A stretch of DNA of 64,000 bases, from NCBI GenBank assembly GCA_030704615.1, contig CM060733.1, positions 52,700,001-52,764,000 on the forward strand, read 5' to 3'. Both the position numbers and the translations under genes were made by a program. The notes under the pieces were generated by a model. It had not been told where the DNA came from. It saw nothing but the letters and a program-made list of their open reading frames with translations, and searched no databases. Source of the stretch: Takakia lepidozioides. Taxonomy: Eukaryota > Plantae > Bryophyta. Positions 37,790-49,600 of this stretch are shown here, in pieces. How positions within the stretch are numbered: the stretch's first letter is position 1; each line of letters opens with the position of its first letter.

Positions 37790-40667
37790 AAGGTTCTTTC
37801 CATGGTGATTTAAGCTTAGAAGCTTGAATCTTTCCTTTCTTCTGCAACCATAGAACCAAATCCCCCCGTCTTAAAATCTTTTAACTTGCCCCATCAACTG
37901 TTCCTTTCTCTTCATCTGAATTCTGGTCATATTATCAGCTGCATCAGCACGTACTTCTTCCCCATGGTATAATTCATGTTTCCTGACCTTGATGGAGTCT
38001 TGCAATTCCATTCTCTTTCCCCACTCGTTCTCATGGTAGGTAACAGGACTTCCACTGGAAGTAAGGCTTCCATACCATAAACTAATTGAATGGTTATACT
38101 TAGTGGTGACTTTATATATGAAGTCCTGTATGACCACAAAGCTGTCAGCAGCTTTGTATCCCAATCCGTTCTGTTTGCAATTGACTATCTTAGCCAAGAT
38201 AGTACATAGTATTTTGTTGGTAGCCTCTGCCTGCCCATTACCCTGTGGGTATATTTTGTACTCTTTCTATGCACAATCATAAACTCTTTAGTCAACAACT
38301 CAATGGTCTCATTCATGAAGTGACTTCCCTGATCACTGATAAATTCTAAGGGACAGCCAAATCGTGTAAGTATGTTCTCGTACAGGAACCTTGCTGTGGA
38401 CTTGGCTGTGTTGTCCCTCAAAGCTTTAGCTTCCACCCACTTGTAGTATAATCAGTGGCTGTAATTATGTACCTGTTTCGTGTATTCTTGGATGGTGGGT
38501 TAATTGGTCCAACAAAGTCTAGTCCCCATTTCTAAAATGGTTCCGTAGGCATTGTAGGATGCAAGGCCATCCTTCCAGATCTCTGCAAAGGTCTAGCCTC
38601 TGACATTCATCACACTTCTGACAATACTCGTGTACATCTTTGAACAAAGTAGGCCACCAGTATCCTGCGAGTAGTATCTTCCTACTGGTAGTCTCTTCTC
38701 CAAAATGACCTCCAGCCACTCCTTTATGAACTTCCGCCAAAACTTTATTTACTTCATGGTGGTACAAGCATCGTTTTAGTACTCCATCAGGTCCTAACTT
38801 ATACATTCTGCTTCCTACCATAGTATAGGTAAAGCTTTGATAGCGATTCTCTTCCTCTGCTCCTTACCATAACTAGGTGGGCACTGACCATGAGCAAGGT
38901 AGTATCTTATTGGCCACTGCCAATCTAACCAGTCATCTGCACTTCCCTGCACCTCCACTGCAAAGAGACTCGCATCTGGTAATTGATCATCTATTCCTGT
39001 GGCTGCTTCTCCTGTTGACAATCGTGACAAATGATCCGCCACAAGATGCAGTCTCCCAGGCTTGTAAACAACCTCGAACTCAAACTCGTGCAAGATTATC
39101 AACCATCTTGCTATTCTTCCGCTTATCAGAGGTTTGTTTACCAGGTATATCAGAGCCTGGTGATCCACATAGAACATAAACTTCTTGCCCAACAGGTAAT
39201 GCCTGAATTTCTTCACTGCATAGATCATTGCCAATGCTTCTCTTTCCGTTGTGCTATAGTTCCTTTCAGCACTGTTCATCAACCGGCTAGCATAGTACAC
39301 AGGTGAATCTATATTCCCTGTAACATTCTGGGCTAACACCGCTCCCAACGCTTCTCCTGATGCATCGCAGTGAACATGGAATACTACATGCCAGTGAGGG
39401 TTAATCAGCACAGGTGTAGTTGTTACTGACAGTGTAAGTTCCTCAAATGCCTGTTGACATTCAGCTGTCCAGGCAAACACTGCATCTTTCTTCAGTAGTT
39501 TGCTCAATGGTGCTGCTATTTGTGCATACCTTTTGACAAATCTCCTGTAATAACTGGTTTGCCCAAGGAATCTCCGTAGACTTTTAACATTCACTGGTGG
39601 TGGAGAGGCTTTAATGGACTCTGTCTTTCTGGGATCCACAAGGAGTCCCTTCTTACACACAATGTGTCCCAGAAGCACCCCTGAGTTCACACAGAAAGTA
39701 CACTTCTCTGGATTCAGGCCCAGACCTCTCATCCTGCATCTGGCCAAACATAACTCCAATTTATGCAAGTGCTCATTCTTAGAGCTGTACACACTGAATC
39801 ATCCAAGAATACCTGCATGAAATCATCCAGATACTCATGAAAAGATTCACTTATCACTCTCTGAAAGGTCGCTGGTGCATTACAAAGTCCAAAGGGCATG
39901 ACTTTGTATGCATAAGCCCCCCAGTCTGTGATGAAAGCTGTTTTCCCTTGGTCTTCTTCTGCCACTTGCACTTGATTATAACCACTGAAGCCATCCATGA
40001 ATGAGTACATCTCATGGCCTACCACAGTGTCTAATACTGCTTCTGTGAATGGCAAAGGGAAAGGATCTTTCTTCGTACAAGCATTCAGCTTCTTATAGTT
40101 CACACATACTCTTAGTTTGCCATTCTTCTTGGGAACTATAACAATGGGTGACAACCAAGTTGTATACTCTATTGGGTATATAAACTTAGCCTCAGCCAAC
40201 TTCTTTATCTCTTCTCCAACCTTCTGTGCGTAGTTGGGATTCATTCTATACCTCGCCTGCTTGATTGGTACTGACCCTGGTTCCAGTTCAATCTTATGCT
40301 GACAGACTTCAGGTGGTATCCCTTTTAGATCCTCATAGCTCCAAGCAAATACATCTCTGTATTTGATGAACAAGCTTTTAGCTTCTTCGAAGAATTCCGG
40401 CTCCAAATCAGCTCCTACTTTCACCATCCTCGGTTCCTCTTTAGTTCCCACATTCACTTCCCTCACCTGCTCATCAGCTGTGATTGTCCAACTAGTCACC
40501 ACTTCATCCTGTAAGTTCACAGTGGCTGGTTCTTCTAGGATTTCTATTTCTCCTTCTCTTTCTTCATAGAAATGTGATGGGTAAATGCTGGTTTCCTCTT
40601 CAGTTGGTGTTGCTGTCACTACACCACAGCAGATACCTCTCAAACAACTTAGGCTTTCCAGCCGCAT
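37790..40667 (-). pseudogene. Gypsy B pol (RT-RNase H-integrase), frameshifted
   Basis: RT: YSFMDGFSGYNQV, MPFGLCNAPATFQR, FLDD. RH: HCDASGEALGAVLAQ, ERNYSTTEREALAM. INT: zinc finger H..GGH..CDEC and SDQGSHF. Split over ORFs 39729-40667, 38815-39792, 38519-38821 and 38185-38436. Confidence 0.92.
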
Positions 40668-40676
40668 CTCTGCAAC

Positions 40677-43535
40677 CTACTCCCACTCTGGGTGTGCAGC
40701 AAATAGGGTAGCTTCCTGCTCCTCATCCAGTCCTCCTTTCCAGTCATACTCTCTGACTCCTCGAGGTCTTCTTGTAGCAGGTAATCTACTAGATTTCTTT
40801 GTGGTAATTTGTATCTCGTGTATCCCATTATGCACGGTTAGTAACTGAGAATTCCAGTCATGGAATACCCTGGCCTGTTTCAGCCACGGACGTCCCAATA
40901 ATAAGGAGAAAGCCTCCATGACTTCATCCATTTTCAATACAGTTACTGTGATCATAAAGATCATCTTCTGTATCTGTATCTTAACTCCTCTTATTAATCC
41001 CAATGGCTGTACACTTCTTTGATCTGCCATTGTTACTGTAAATGGGGCTGGTTTCATGTTACTTAGACCAAGCTTCTTCCTTAATTGGTCTGTCATGATA
41101 TTTACTCCAGAACCACCATCTATCAGTACATCAGTTAGTTCTGTGCTTCCAATTCTCAATTGGATTACTGGCATAGAATCATCAAAGTCCATGACTGTTT
41201 CTCGCCCTTCCGGCTTCACATTATAACTGGTCACCTTGCTGTTCAGGTCTGTGTTTCCTGTCTCTTGGGCAATTCGATTGATTGCTTGATACAGCCTGTG
41301 CCTACAATAAGGTGCCACAGCTAATAGCTGTCCAATGGTAATTTTTGCTTTGGTCTGGCATATTACTTCAGCCAAAGTCTCTTCATTACTTTGCATGTCT
41401 GCATCTTCTTTCTTCCTTTCTTCCTCACTCCCTTCTTTTTCTCCATCCGAATCAGAGGAATCTGCCACAGGAATATCAGTACTCTTTTGCATTTCCCTTA
41501 TAGTATCTGCCACTTCCTTGTGCAGTTCCTTCTCATCTTTCCAAGTCTCTTCATCTTCAGGCATATCCTTGCCACTTCCATTATCATCTTCTTCCTCTTC
41601 TACTGGAGGTATTAGTTTGGCTTTACTTCTTGTTACTATCATTGTACTTACTTCTGGTACAACACATGGCCTAACCATGTGAGCTGCCACCACTGGGCCC
41701 TCATTCACAGGAGCTCTCATCTCATTCTGGTGTCTTATCCAGAATGAACAGGCTGCCTTGCAATGTCCTGGCTGATTACAATAGTAACATAGCTCTTCAC
41801 CATTGGGTCCTCGCCCTTGGTCTGTTCTTGGATTATTTCTATAATCCTGATTCCCGGGCTGGTAATTCCCCCTTGGATTACCCTGATAGTTGCCTCTGGA
41901 ATTTCCTTGGTAATTCCCTCTTGAATTACCTCTCCCTTCCATGCCATTGTTATAACCACCAGACCTACCATAGTGGTCCTGATCATTGTTTCTTCTTGGT
42001 TGGGGCTGCACTTGATGCACCCTTACTTGCCTAGGTTCTCTTGCAGCTGTCCTTCTGTTGTAGTAACAATTCTCAGTAGAATGGTTATCCATTTTACAGA
42101 TAGTACAGTGTTTCTCCTTCATGTGGCATTCTGTGGTGGTATGGCCTTCATTCTGGCACTTTGCACACCATACACCCTTCCTCCAATGTGTTACAGCCTC
42201 TGTGGCATACTTCTTCAAGATTTCTTCCAATTTTTTTTCATAGTTATCCCTCTTCAACTTCTCCTTTCTCTTACTCTTTCTTTTTAGTTCTTGCTCTTCT
42301 TCTTCATCTGACTCATCCTCAGAGTCCTCATCTTCCTTTTTCTCTCTCCTGAGCATTCCCAATTGCTCAATTCTGTTTGCAGTTTCAAATGCCTCCTCCA
42401 CTGTATTATGGGGTAACATATCCACTTTCTTTTGCAACTCTGGTCTTAGTCCACTCACAAACCAAGTCTTCTGTAAACCGGGCGCTGGTACTGCAGCCAG
42501 CTTTTTCATCATCAATTCCATCTTCTCCATATACTCTTCAACAGTTTCATGCTTCTTCTGCTTCAGCTGTTGTAAACTTCCATACACTTCATCCTCAGTT
42601 TTACTTGTCCTGAACCTATTTCGAAATGTTGTATTCAAGCCATTCCAGGTTAGGAAATGATTATCAGGGAATCTTGCATACCATTCACTTGCTTTCTTGA
42701 TAAGTGAACAAGGAAACAGTCTCATCTTGGCATCATCGCCATTCTCATTGTTCACTATACACATGTGCTCAAATTGGCTAATGTGTACATCGGGATCCCC
42801 TTTTCCTGAATATATTGGAAATGGTGGTTTTGCCCGTGTTGGTTGTAACGCCATCTGTGGCCCTACCTTCTGCCCACTGACAGGTGCTGGCACCCTTGCT
42901 GGTGCTGGTCCTTCTGGACCTGTTGTTTTTGTGGTGGATCTTCCACCAAGTGATCCAAGTGCTCCACTTGATCCAGGTCCAACGGGTTGGGATGTCGTGG
43001 TTGTAGTCTCAACCTCAGCTGTTGGATCTACTTCTTCATATTCTTCCTCTTCCAATTTCTTCTCTCTGTTTTCATCCTCCAAGTTCTGCCCTTGGGTTTC
43101 TTCTTCACTCATGTAACTCAACTGTAATGGTGTTGGAGAGTCTGTACTCTCCGTTGGCTCTGCCACATCCTCTTCTCCTTCTTCACCTTCTGCTTCAGAA
43201 ACTGGAGTTCCTGCTTTTGGTGTTCCATGCCAACTCTTATCAAAGATTTCTGTCAAATCTTTTATCCAAGGATGTACCTCAGATCTTTCACCTCGTGATT
43301 GATCTTCTTCCTGTACCAATTCCCTTAATCTTTCTTGCAAAGAAACAGAAGGAGTGGCATCCAACTCTAGTTCTTCCGGTATAGGTGATGTACTCTTTGA
43401 TCTTAATGGTGTGAGAGGTCCAGATGATTCCCCTATGTCTATTCCTCTCTCCCAAAGATATGGATAATTAGCTTTCAGATAGTTTTCTCTTTTTGCTGAA
43501 TATCTCTGTCGTCTAGCTTCTCTTTCATCACTCAT
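40677..43535 (-). CDS. Gypsy B Gag-protease polyprotein, 952 aa
   Basis: Gag core (YSGKGDPDVHISQFE..LFPCSLIKKASEWY..LKQKKHETVEEY), three CCHC knuckles (CAKCQNEGHTTTEC, CTICKMDNHSTENC, CYYCNQPGHCKAAC), aspartic protease LIDGGSGVNIM..LLGRPWL. Confidence 0.93.
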   Translation of the reverse strand: MSDEREARRQRYSAKRENYLKANYPYLWERGIDIGESSGPLTPLRSKSTSPIPEELELDATPSVSLQERLRELVQEEDQSRGERSEVHPWIKDLTEIFDKSWHGTPKAGTPVSEAEGEEGEEDVAEPTESTDSPTPLQLSYMSEEETQGQNLEDENREKKLEEEEYEEVDPTAEVETTTTTSQPVGPGSSGALGSLGGRSTTKTTGPEGPAPARVPAPVSGQKVGPQMALQPTRAKPPFPIYSGKGDPDVHISQFEHMCIVNNENGDDAKMRLFPCSLIKKASEWYARFPDNHFLTWNGLNTTFRNRFRTSKTEDEVYGSLQQLKQKKHETVEEYMEKMELMMKKLAAVPAPGLQKTWFVSGLRPELQKKVDMLPHNTVEEAFETANRIEQLGMLRREKKEDEDSEDESDEEEEQELKRKSKRKEKLKRDNYEKKLEEILKKYATEAVTHWRKGVWCAKCQNEGHTTTECHMKEKHCTICKMDNHSTENCYYNRRTAAREPRQVRVHQVQPQPRRNNDQDHYGRSGGYNNGMEGRGNSRGNYQGNSRGNYQGNPRGNYQPGNQDYRNNPRTDQGRGPNGEELCYYCNQPGHCKAACSFWIRHQNEMRAPVNEGPVVAAHMVRPCVVPEVSTMIVTRSKAKLIPPVEEEEDDNGSGKDMPEDEETWKDEKELHKEVADTIREMQKSTDIPVADSSDSDGEKEGSEEERKKEDADMQSNEETLAEVICQTKAKITIGQLLAVAPYCRHRLYQAINRIAQETGNTDLNSKVTSYNVKPEGRETVMDFDDSMPVIQLRIGSTELTDVLIDGGSGVNIMTDQLRKKLGLSNMKPAPFTVTMADQRSVQPLGLIRGVKIQIQKMIFMITVTVLKMDEVMEAFSLLLGRPWLKQARVFHDWNSQLLTVHNGIHEIQITTKKSSRLPATRRPRGVREYDWKGGLDEEQEATLFAAHPEWE

Positions 43536-43556
43536 GTCCCATGTCTTTCATTTCTT

Positions 43557-44252
43557 TTAATGTGGCAATAACCAAAATTCTCTTCTGTAATATCTCTCGT
43601 ATATGCCTGGGTTTCTTTCAAGCTTCAATGCACCCTTGGCTATACTTGAAGTCTCCGTTACCATATAACCATATGGCAAACAAGTCTGAAAAGCTGTTCT
43701 TGGTGTGAGTTTGATCCACAAAATATCCTTTGGAATCCAATTCTTTACCAGTACAAGCTCTTCATGCATATGAGTATAAACATTCACCTTTCTTTCTTCC
43801 CAGCCTTCAAACTCTACTCGCTTAATGGATAGCAATGCTATCACATAAACCAATGTTGGTAACCAACGTGCTCTTCCTCTACAGGCTACCTGATAAATCT
43901 TTATCACTCCTTTCTCCAGACCCCATTCCGGATCAGCATCATGCACTCGCTTAAGAATATTTTCTTTACAACCGTCTGGCAATTCCAAGAACCTTTGAAA
44001 GAATTGTTTGGACAATCTTTCTTCCTTCGTTCCACAGGGAATTTGATTCACTTCAAATTCTTTAATGGTCCATCCACCATGATCCCACCAGATGCCTGTC
44101 ACATCTGGTTGTTCATGACTCAGGTCCCCAGTATGGTCGCCGAATGTCGCACGGCTTTTACTCACCCATCCCTTCGCTATTCGAGGCGGAAACTCCAAGA
44201 TAGAAGAGTTGGAAATCTCTAAGTACTCAGCCCGCGCAGAACAATCAGTCAT
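43557..44252 (-). CDS. Uncharacterised 231-aa ORF upstream of gag in Gypsy B
   Basis: ATG-initiated, uninterrupted, same strand as gag, and ends about 20 nt before the gag ATG. No motif recognised. Confidence 0.6.
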   Translation of the reverse strand: MTDCSARAEYLEISNSSILEFPPRIAKGWVSKSRATFGDHTGDLSHEQPDVTGIWWDHGGWTIKEFEVNQIPCGTKEERLSKQFFQRFLELPDGCKENILKRVHDADPEWGLEKGVIKIYQVACRGRARWLPTLVYVIALLSIKRVEFEGWEERKVNVYTHMHEELVLVKNWIPKDILWIKLTPRTAFQTCLPYGYMVTETSSIAKGALKLERNPGIYERYYRREFWLLPH

Positions 44253-44769
44253 GACCTACAGCTAGTGTATCATGGGGTGTTTCCTATTTGTTTCCCTTTT
44301 GGCATTCATGTTAACTACCTTACCATTGATAATTAAGTATCAGTTTGCTTTATCAATCTATTGGATTCCGTCAACTCATCCATTCATTCCACAGCTTCAC
44401 GCAGATCTCTCTACACAGTGTGATTGTATCGTAAAAATATCCGATTATGATTTATTAGGTATCAGGCCGAAGCCATTGTGTCTCTAATCTGCTCTACAAT
44501 ATCATTACAGCCTTGCATATAACAAGCATCTACTCATCATCTCTCTATCTTCACTTCCGTTCTTCATCTCTGCCCCATCCCCTCTCCTGCCTGACCAAGA
44601 AGTCCTCCTCCCAATGATATCCCCCGAAATTCCCCGTTTCTCCCTTTATCTTCCTATCCGTGGTTCTAACCGTTTCCCTCACTAACCGTCGTCTGTGAAC
44701 TAACATGTTCCCTTCGCAGGTGTTGTTCCCCACAGTCGTTCCCTGTCCTACTCTTCGTTCCCTATGATC

Positions 44770-45000
44770 GTGACAGCTGTGTCAAGCTGTGACTGGCTGT
44801 GTGAAACTGTGACGGGCTGTGACTGGCTGTGCGACTGTGTTTGGCTGTGTCGGGCTGTGACTGGCTGTGTGGCTGTGACGGCTGTGACGACTGTGACGGG
44901 CTGTGTTGGTTGTGTCGGCTGTGTCTGCTGTGACGACTATGACGGGCTGTGTTGGCTGTGTCGGCTGTGTCTGATGTGACGACTGTGACGGGCTGTGTAA
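44770..45000. repeat. Degenerate GGCTGTG(A/T)C tandem array in the 5' leader of Gypsy B
   Basis: More than 20 copies of 9-10-bp units with a ctgtg core. Confidence 0.9.
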
Positions 45001-45120
45001 CCCCCCTCTACAGTGCGCTGCTGTCACCCCTACGGCTCCTGTTGGTCTCAGTCTGTGCAAAAATTAAGGGTACCCTACAGATCCCGTATAAGTGTCTAAG
45101 TCCCCGACAGTCCTCTAACA

Positions 45121-45792
45121 CTACCATGTTAAAGTCACCCATCAAGATCCAACTATCCAGGTTAGGTTTATCTTTCATTTTAGTGTCTATAGTTGTCCAG
45201 AATTGTGCCTTGTCATATAGAGCCTGTATTGTTAGGGAGATTGATAGCACAAAATTGAGCTCTCCCCGGGATCCATGAATCCTCCGCTATCATAAGGGCA
45301 TGGATGGAGGGAGAGAGGAGGAGGGCTGTGCCCCCCCATTTGTGCCTGACGAAGTGGGTTTCCATAGAGATAGATTGCTAGGCCACAGCTGGTCGGACAG
45401 ATCCAAAAAAAATTGGGGACTTAGTTTATGCTCTTGAATTGCTACTATAACGTTCTGATGCAACATCGGGCTGAGCCAAGATCGCAGCCTGACTCTTTTG
45501 AGGGAGTCTGACCCTTGGCCCAACCCACGAATATTCCACGAGTCTAGGCTAACTAGCATTGTAGGGGATCGCTAGGGCTAGAGTGTTACTCACGTTTGAT
45601 GGCCGTGGAGGATCAAAATAGAATTTGGCTCTTTTGTCTGAAGGGAGCAGGCAGTTGACCCATTGAAATCCAATGGGGGGTTTAGGGGTTTGTTTCTTTA
45701 TCATCATCATGATGACCATATGGTTGTGGTTTGGCTGGTGTGTGGCTATGAATTGACATGCGTTTGGCTTGATGGCTGAGATAGAAACTATT
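45121..45792 (-). mobile_element. L1-clade LINE: ORF1 3' end and ORF2 endonuclease start
   Basis: MLVSLDSWNIRGLGQG..IVAIQEHKL and SWILMGDFNMV are APE endonuclease motifs. Truncated by Gypsy B at 45120. Confidence 0.85.
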
Positions 45793-46673
45793 CACTACAA
45801 CAGATGAGCATTTTTATGACTGCACATATGACTATTTTTTCAGTCCTACATAAGTTCATGACTACATCACTCTGTAGTGAAAAAAACCCTGTCATAGCGA
45901 CTAGTCTTTAGGACTGCATTTTGCAAGTCATAGCCATGACTACGTGCGTGGCACCTGGAGTCATGCATAAGAGAGTGATGTAGTTACAACTCTATGACTT
46001 ACATACGACTAACTATATGACTACATTGTCTGATGAGCGTTGCCTACATGGAGAGGCTTTAGAGGAACACGTGCACCACTACGCAAGCGACACGTCACGA
46101 CACCTGTTGCACTTCAGATGTGACATGTGGCACTTAGACATAATACATGACTAGCATATATGGCAGGGTTTATGCCACGTGTCATCAAGAATGTCTCTGA
46201 AAATAATTTAATAGTTATATTTGTAATTTTAAATTCTTAAATTTATATTTTATTTTTGAAAACAGGGGATAGCAGCTTGAAATTTTTTAAATGGTATTAT
46301 TGTTTAATTTAATAATGTTATACAAAATAAAAATAGATTAAATGATTTAAATTCTTCATTACATGGTGAAATTCTGATATAAAAACAGAATGGACCCCTC
46401 TTGCATACTAGCAACCACAAGGACATTCACAATAGACAAGTACAGGGGAATACACGCCGTGTAAATTATATTACAAAAATCCAAATGAGACCAATGTCCC
46501 AATGGACACCTCAAAGGCCACAAGGTCCAAAAATCCATGCCTGAAAAGGTCCAGTAAGCAAAAAATAAGCAAGCCCACACATGGGCTGAATTGTTGTAAT
46601 ACTAGTTTGTTCTGGTGCTACTAGAATCAAGGACCCTGTTAAACAGTGCAATACTTACGGCCGATTTGATAAG

Positions 46674-49600
46674 AGGGAAAAACAGGGTGAAATGTGTTGA
46701 AGAAGGTGCCTTGATTAACAGTGCCTGATTTGATCAATTGTGCCGTTGCTGCTGCGGCTTCCAGTTGACCATCTACCCATGCAGGTTTCTTGTACCTATC
46801 CTTCCACAGGGAATCATAGGTAATATGGAGCTTGAAATCCGGCCCTCTTGGATGAATCTGGACCCACACATCTATCCTTGCTCCTTCAGCTATCCATGCC
46901 CCTGCACAAATCATGCATACATCCTCGTCTTGCTGCTAGCAGCTGACAATGATAGCCTAGAATTGCTTGAGCAAACACCCCAACCCTACTTATCACACTA
47001 GTTCCTATGCTGACTTGCGTCTGCTTCCAACAGGCATTCACCTTTTGCCTCGATTGTTCCACCATTGACTGAGGTCGGGAACGTATTCATCCTAGAGCTT
47101 CTCCTCGAGTCTCTGTTATCTATTTATTGATACTTTACTGTCGACCACATTGGCAGTAACATGTCAAAATCACTCCAAAACTACAATAGATCCACCAACG
47201 AGCTAACTTGCAGAATTCAACATTAAAATTTAGGGACGACTCTGATAGCAGAGGAAAACAAGGTGAAATATGTTGAAGAATGTACCTTCATTAGCAGCGC
47301 CTTGTTTTATGAATTGTGTTGTTGTCGCTGCTGTTTCTAGTTGACCATCTACCCACTTGTAGCCGCTGTGAGCTATTGAAGAAGGTGCCCCCTTCCCCCA
47401 TCATTTGATCATAGGTCTCCATACCATGTCCCTGCTCTGCATACCCTACAAGCATCGTGTTCCATGACACCACATCTTGTTCAGCCATAGTGTTGAAAAC
47501 TCCCTTTGCATCCTTAATGCACCCACATTTCACATACATGTCCACCAGGGCAGTGTTCAGAATGATATCTGGTACAATTCCAGCTTTGATGATGTCACCA
47601 TGGACCTCTTTCCCCTTTTCTAGAGGTCCTAGGCTTGCACACGCATTGCAAACACAAACAAACGTGATGTGGTTGGGCTTCACCCCCTCGCGCAACATTT
47701 GCTCATAGGTCTCCAAAGCATTCCTACCACACCCATGCTTGGTAAATCCTGCCAACATTATATTCCACGTGATCAAAGATCATTGAGACATTCTGTTGAA
47801 AACTTCATGAGCATGCATGCATGATGTTCCTGCACTTAACATACATGTTTGCTCCTGCACCCACATTTTGCATACATGTCCACCAGGGTATTGTTCAAAA
47901 TGACATTTGGTACAATTCCAGCCCTGATGATGTCGCCATGGACCTCTTTGCAAGCCATGTTCCAGAGCTGCCATGGCTGTGTTCAGAATGACATTTGGTA
48001 CAATTCCAGCTTTGATGATGTCACCATTCACCTCTTTGCCCTTTTCCAGGGCTGCCAAGCTTGCACAAGCATTGCGAGTGCACACAAACGTGATGTGGTC
48101 AGGCTTCACCACTTCGCACATCATTTGCTCATATGTCTCCAAAGCCTCCATCCCGCGCCCCTGTTGTGCATTCACTGCGAGCATCGCACTCCACGACACC
48201 ACATTTCGTTCAGCCATATTGTTGATCACTCCCTTTGCATCCTCGATGCTCCCACATTTGGCATACATGTCCACTAGGGCAGTGTTCAGGATCACATCTA
48301 GTACGATTCCAGCTCTGACGATGTCACCATGCACCTCTTTGCCCATTTCCAGGGCTGCCAGGGTTGCACACGCACTGCAAACGCACACAAACGTGATGTG
48401 GTCGGGCTTCATCCTTTCACACATCATTTGCTCATACGTCTCCAAAGCCTACATCCCGCGCCCCTGCTGTGTATACCCTGCGAGCATTGCACTCCATGAC
48501 GCCACATTTCGTTCAGCCATATTGTTGAACACTCCCTTTGCATCCTCGATGCTCCCACATTTGGCATACATGTCCACCAGGGCAGTGTTCAAGATCACAT
48601 CTGGTACGATTCCAGCTCTGACGATGTCACCATGCACCTCTTTGCCCTTTTCCAAGGCTGCCAGGCTTGCACACGCACTGCAAATGCACACAAACGTGAT
48701 GTGGTCGGCCTTCACCCCTTCCCCCATCATTTGCTCATAGGTCTCCTAAGCATTCATACCACACCCATGCTTGGTAAATCCTCCCAACATTATATTCCAC
48801 GTGATCAAAGATCATTGAGGCATTCTGTTGAACACTTGGTGAGCATCCATGATGCTCCCGCACTTAACATACATGTTGACAAGGGTGTTGAGGAGAAAAA
48901 CATTTGGCATGAATCCACTTTGGATAATGTGAGTTTGCACCTGCTTTTCAGCTTCCAGGCCTTTCACCTTGATGCACTTATGCAAGAGACAGACATACGT
49001 ATCTGAATCTGCTGAAATGCCTCCTTGGTTTAAAGTCTGTAGAGCCTCTGTCAGTCTGCCTGCCTCACAAAGCATCTTCACATGCCCATAAGTGCCAGAA
49101 GAGACATTGTGGACTCCCTCTCTTGATCCGCTTCCAGAAGCTGTGGTCACGGTTCAGGTGCTTGGTTTTATCAACTGTGCCGCTACAGCTGCTGCCTTCA
49201 GTTGACCATCTACCCATGCAGGTTTCTTGTGGCTATTGATCCACAATGAATCATAGGTAATTTTGTGCTTGAAATCTGGCCCTCTTGGAAGAATCTGTAC
49301 CCACTCTCTATCCCTGCTTCTTCAGCTATCCATGCGTCTGCACAAATCATGCATTCATCCTTGCCTTGCTGCTAGTAGCTGACAATAACAGCCTAGACAC
49401 CCAACTCAGCTTATGACCCTAGTTCCTATGTTGAATTGCGTCGTTACTCTCTGTAATCTAACAGACATTCACCTTTTTGCCTCGATTGTCTCACCGTTAA
49501 TTGGGGTCACAAAAGTATCCATTCCACAGCTTCTCCTCATCTCTGTTACATACTTTCCTGTTGTCACATTGGCAGTATCATGTCAAACTTGCTGCAAACT

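Larger units (their letters stand above)
34287..45120 (-). mobile_element. Non-chromovirus Ty3/Gypsy element B (Phygy/Athila-like) with extra 5' ORF and 3' accessory ORF remnants
   Basis: Minus-strand order: ORF0 44252-43557, gag-protease 43535-40677, RT/RH/INT 40667-about 37790 (several frameshifts), then accessory ORF remnants 36700-34290. The 5' boundary TGTTAG at 45120 cuts the LINE endonuclease at GDFNMV. No extra archaeal-type RNase H is visible. Confidence 0.88.

Noticed and set aside
40668-40679. Programmed stop-codon readthrough between gag-pro and RT (in-frame TAG)
   Set aside because: The same pol has several frameshifts, so a single nonsense mutation is the simpler explanation unless the TAG is conserved in other copies.
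47457-49006. Long plus-strand ORFs opposite PPR repeats (also 21678-22164 and 53935-54414)
   Set aside because: Antisense shadows of repetitive PPR coding sequence.
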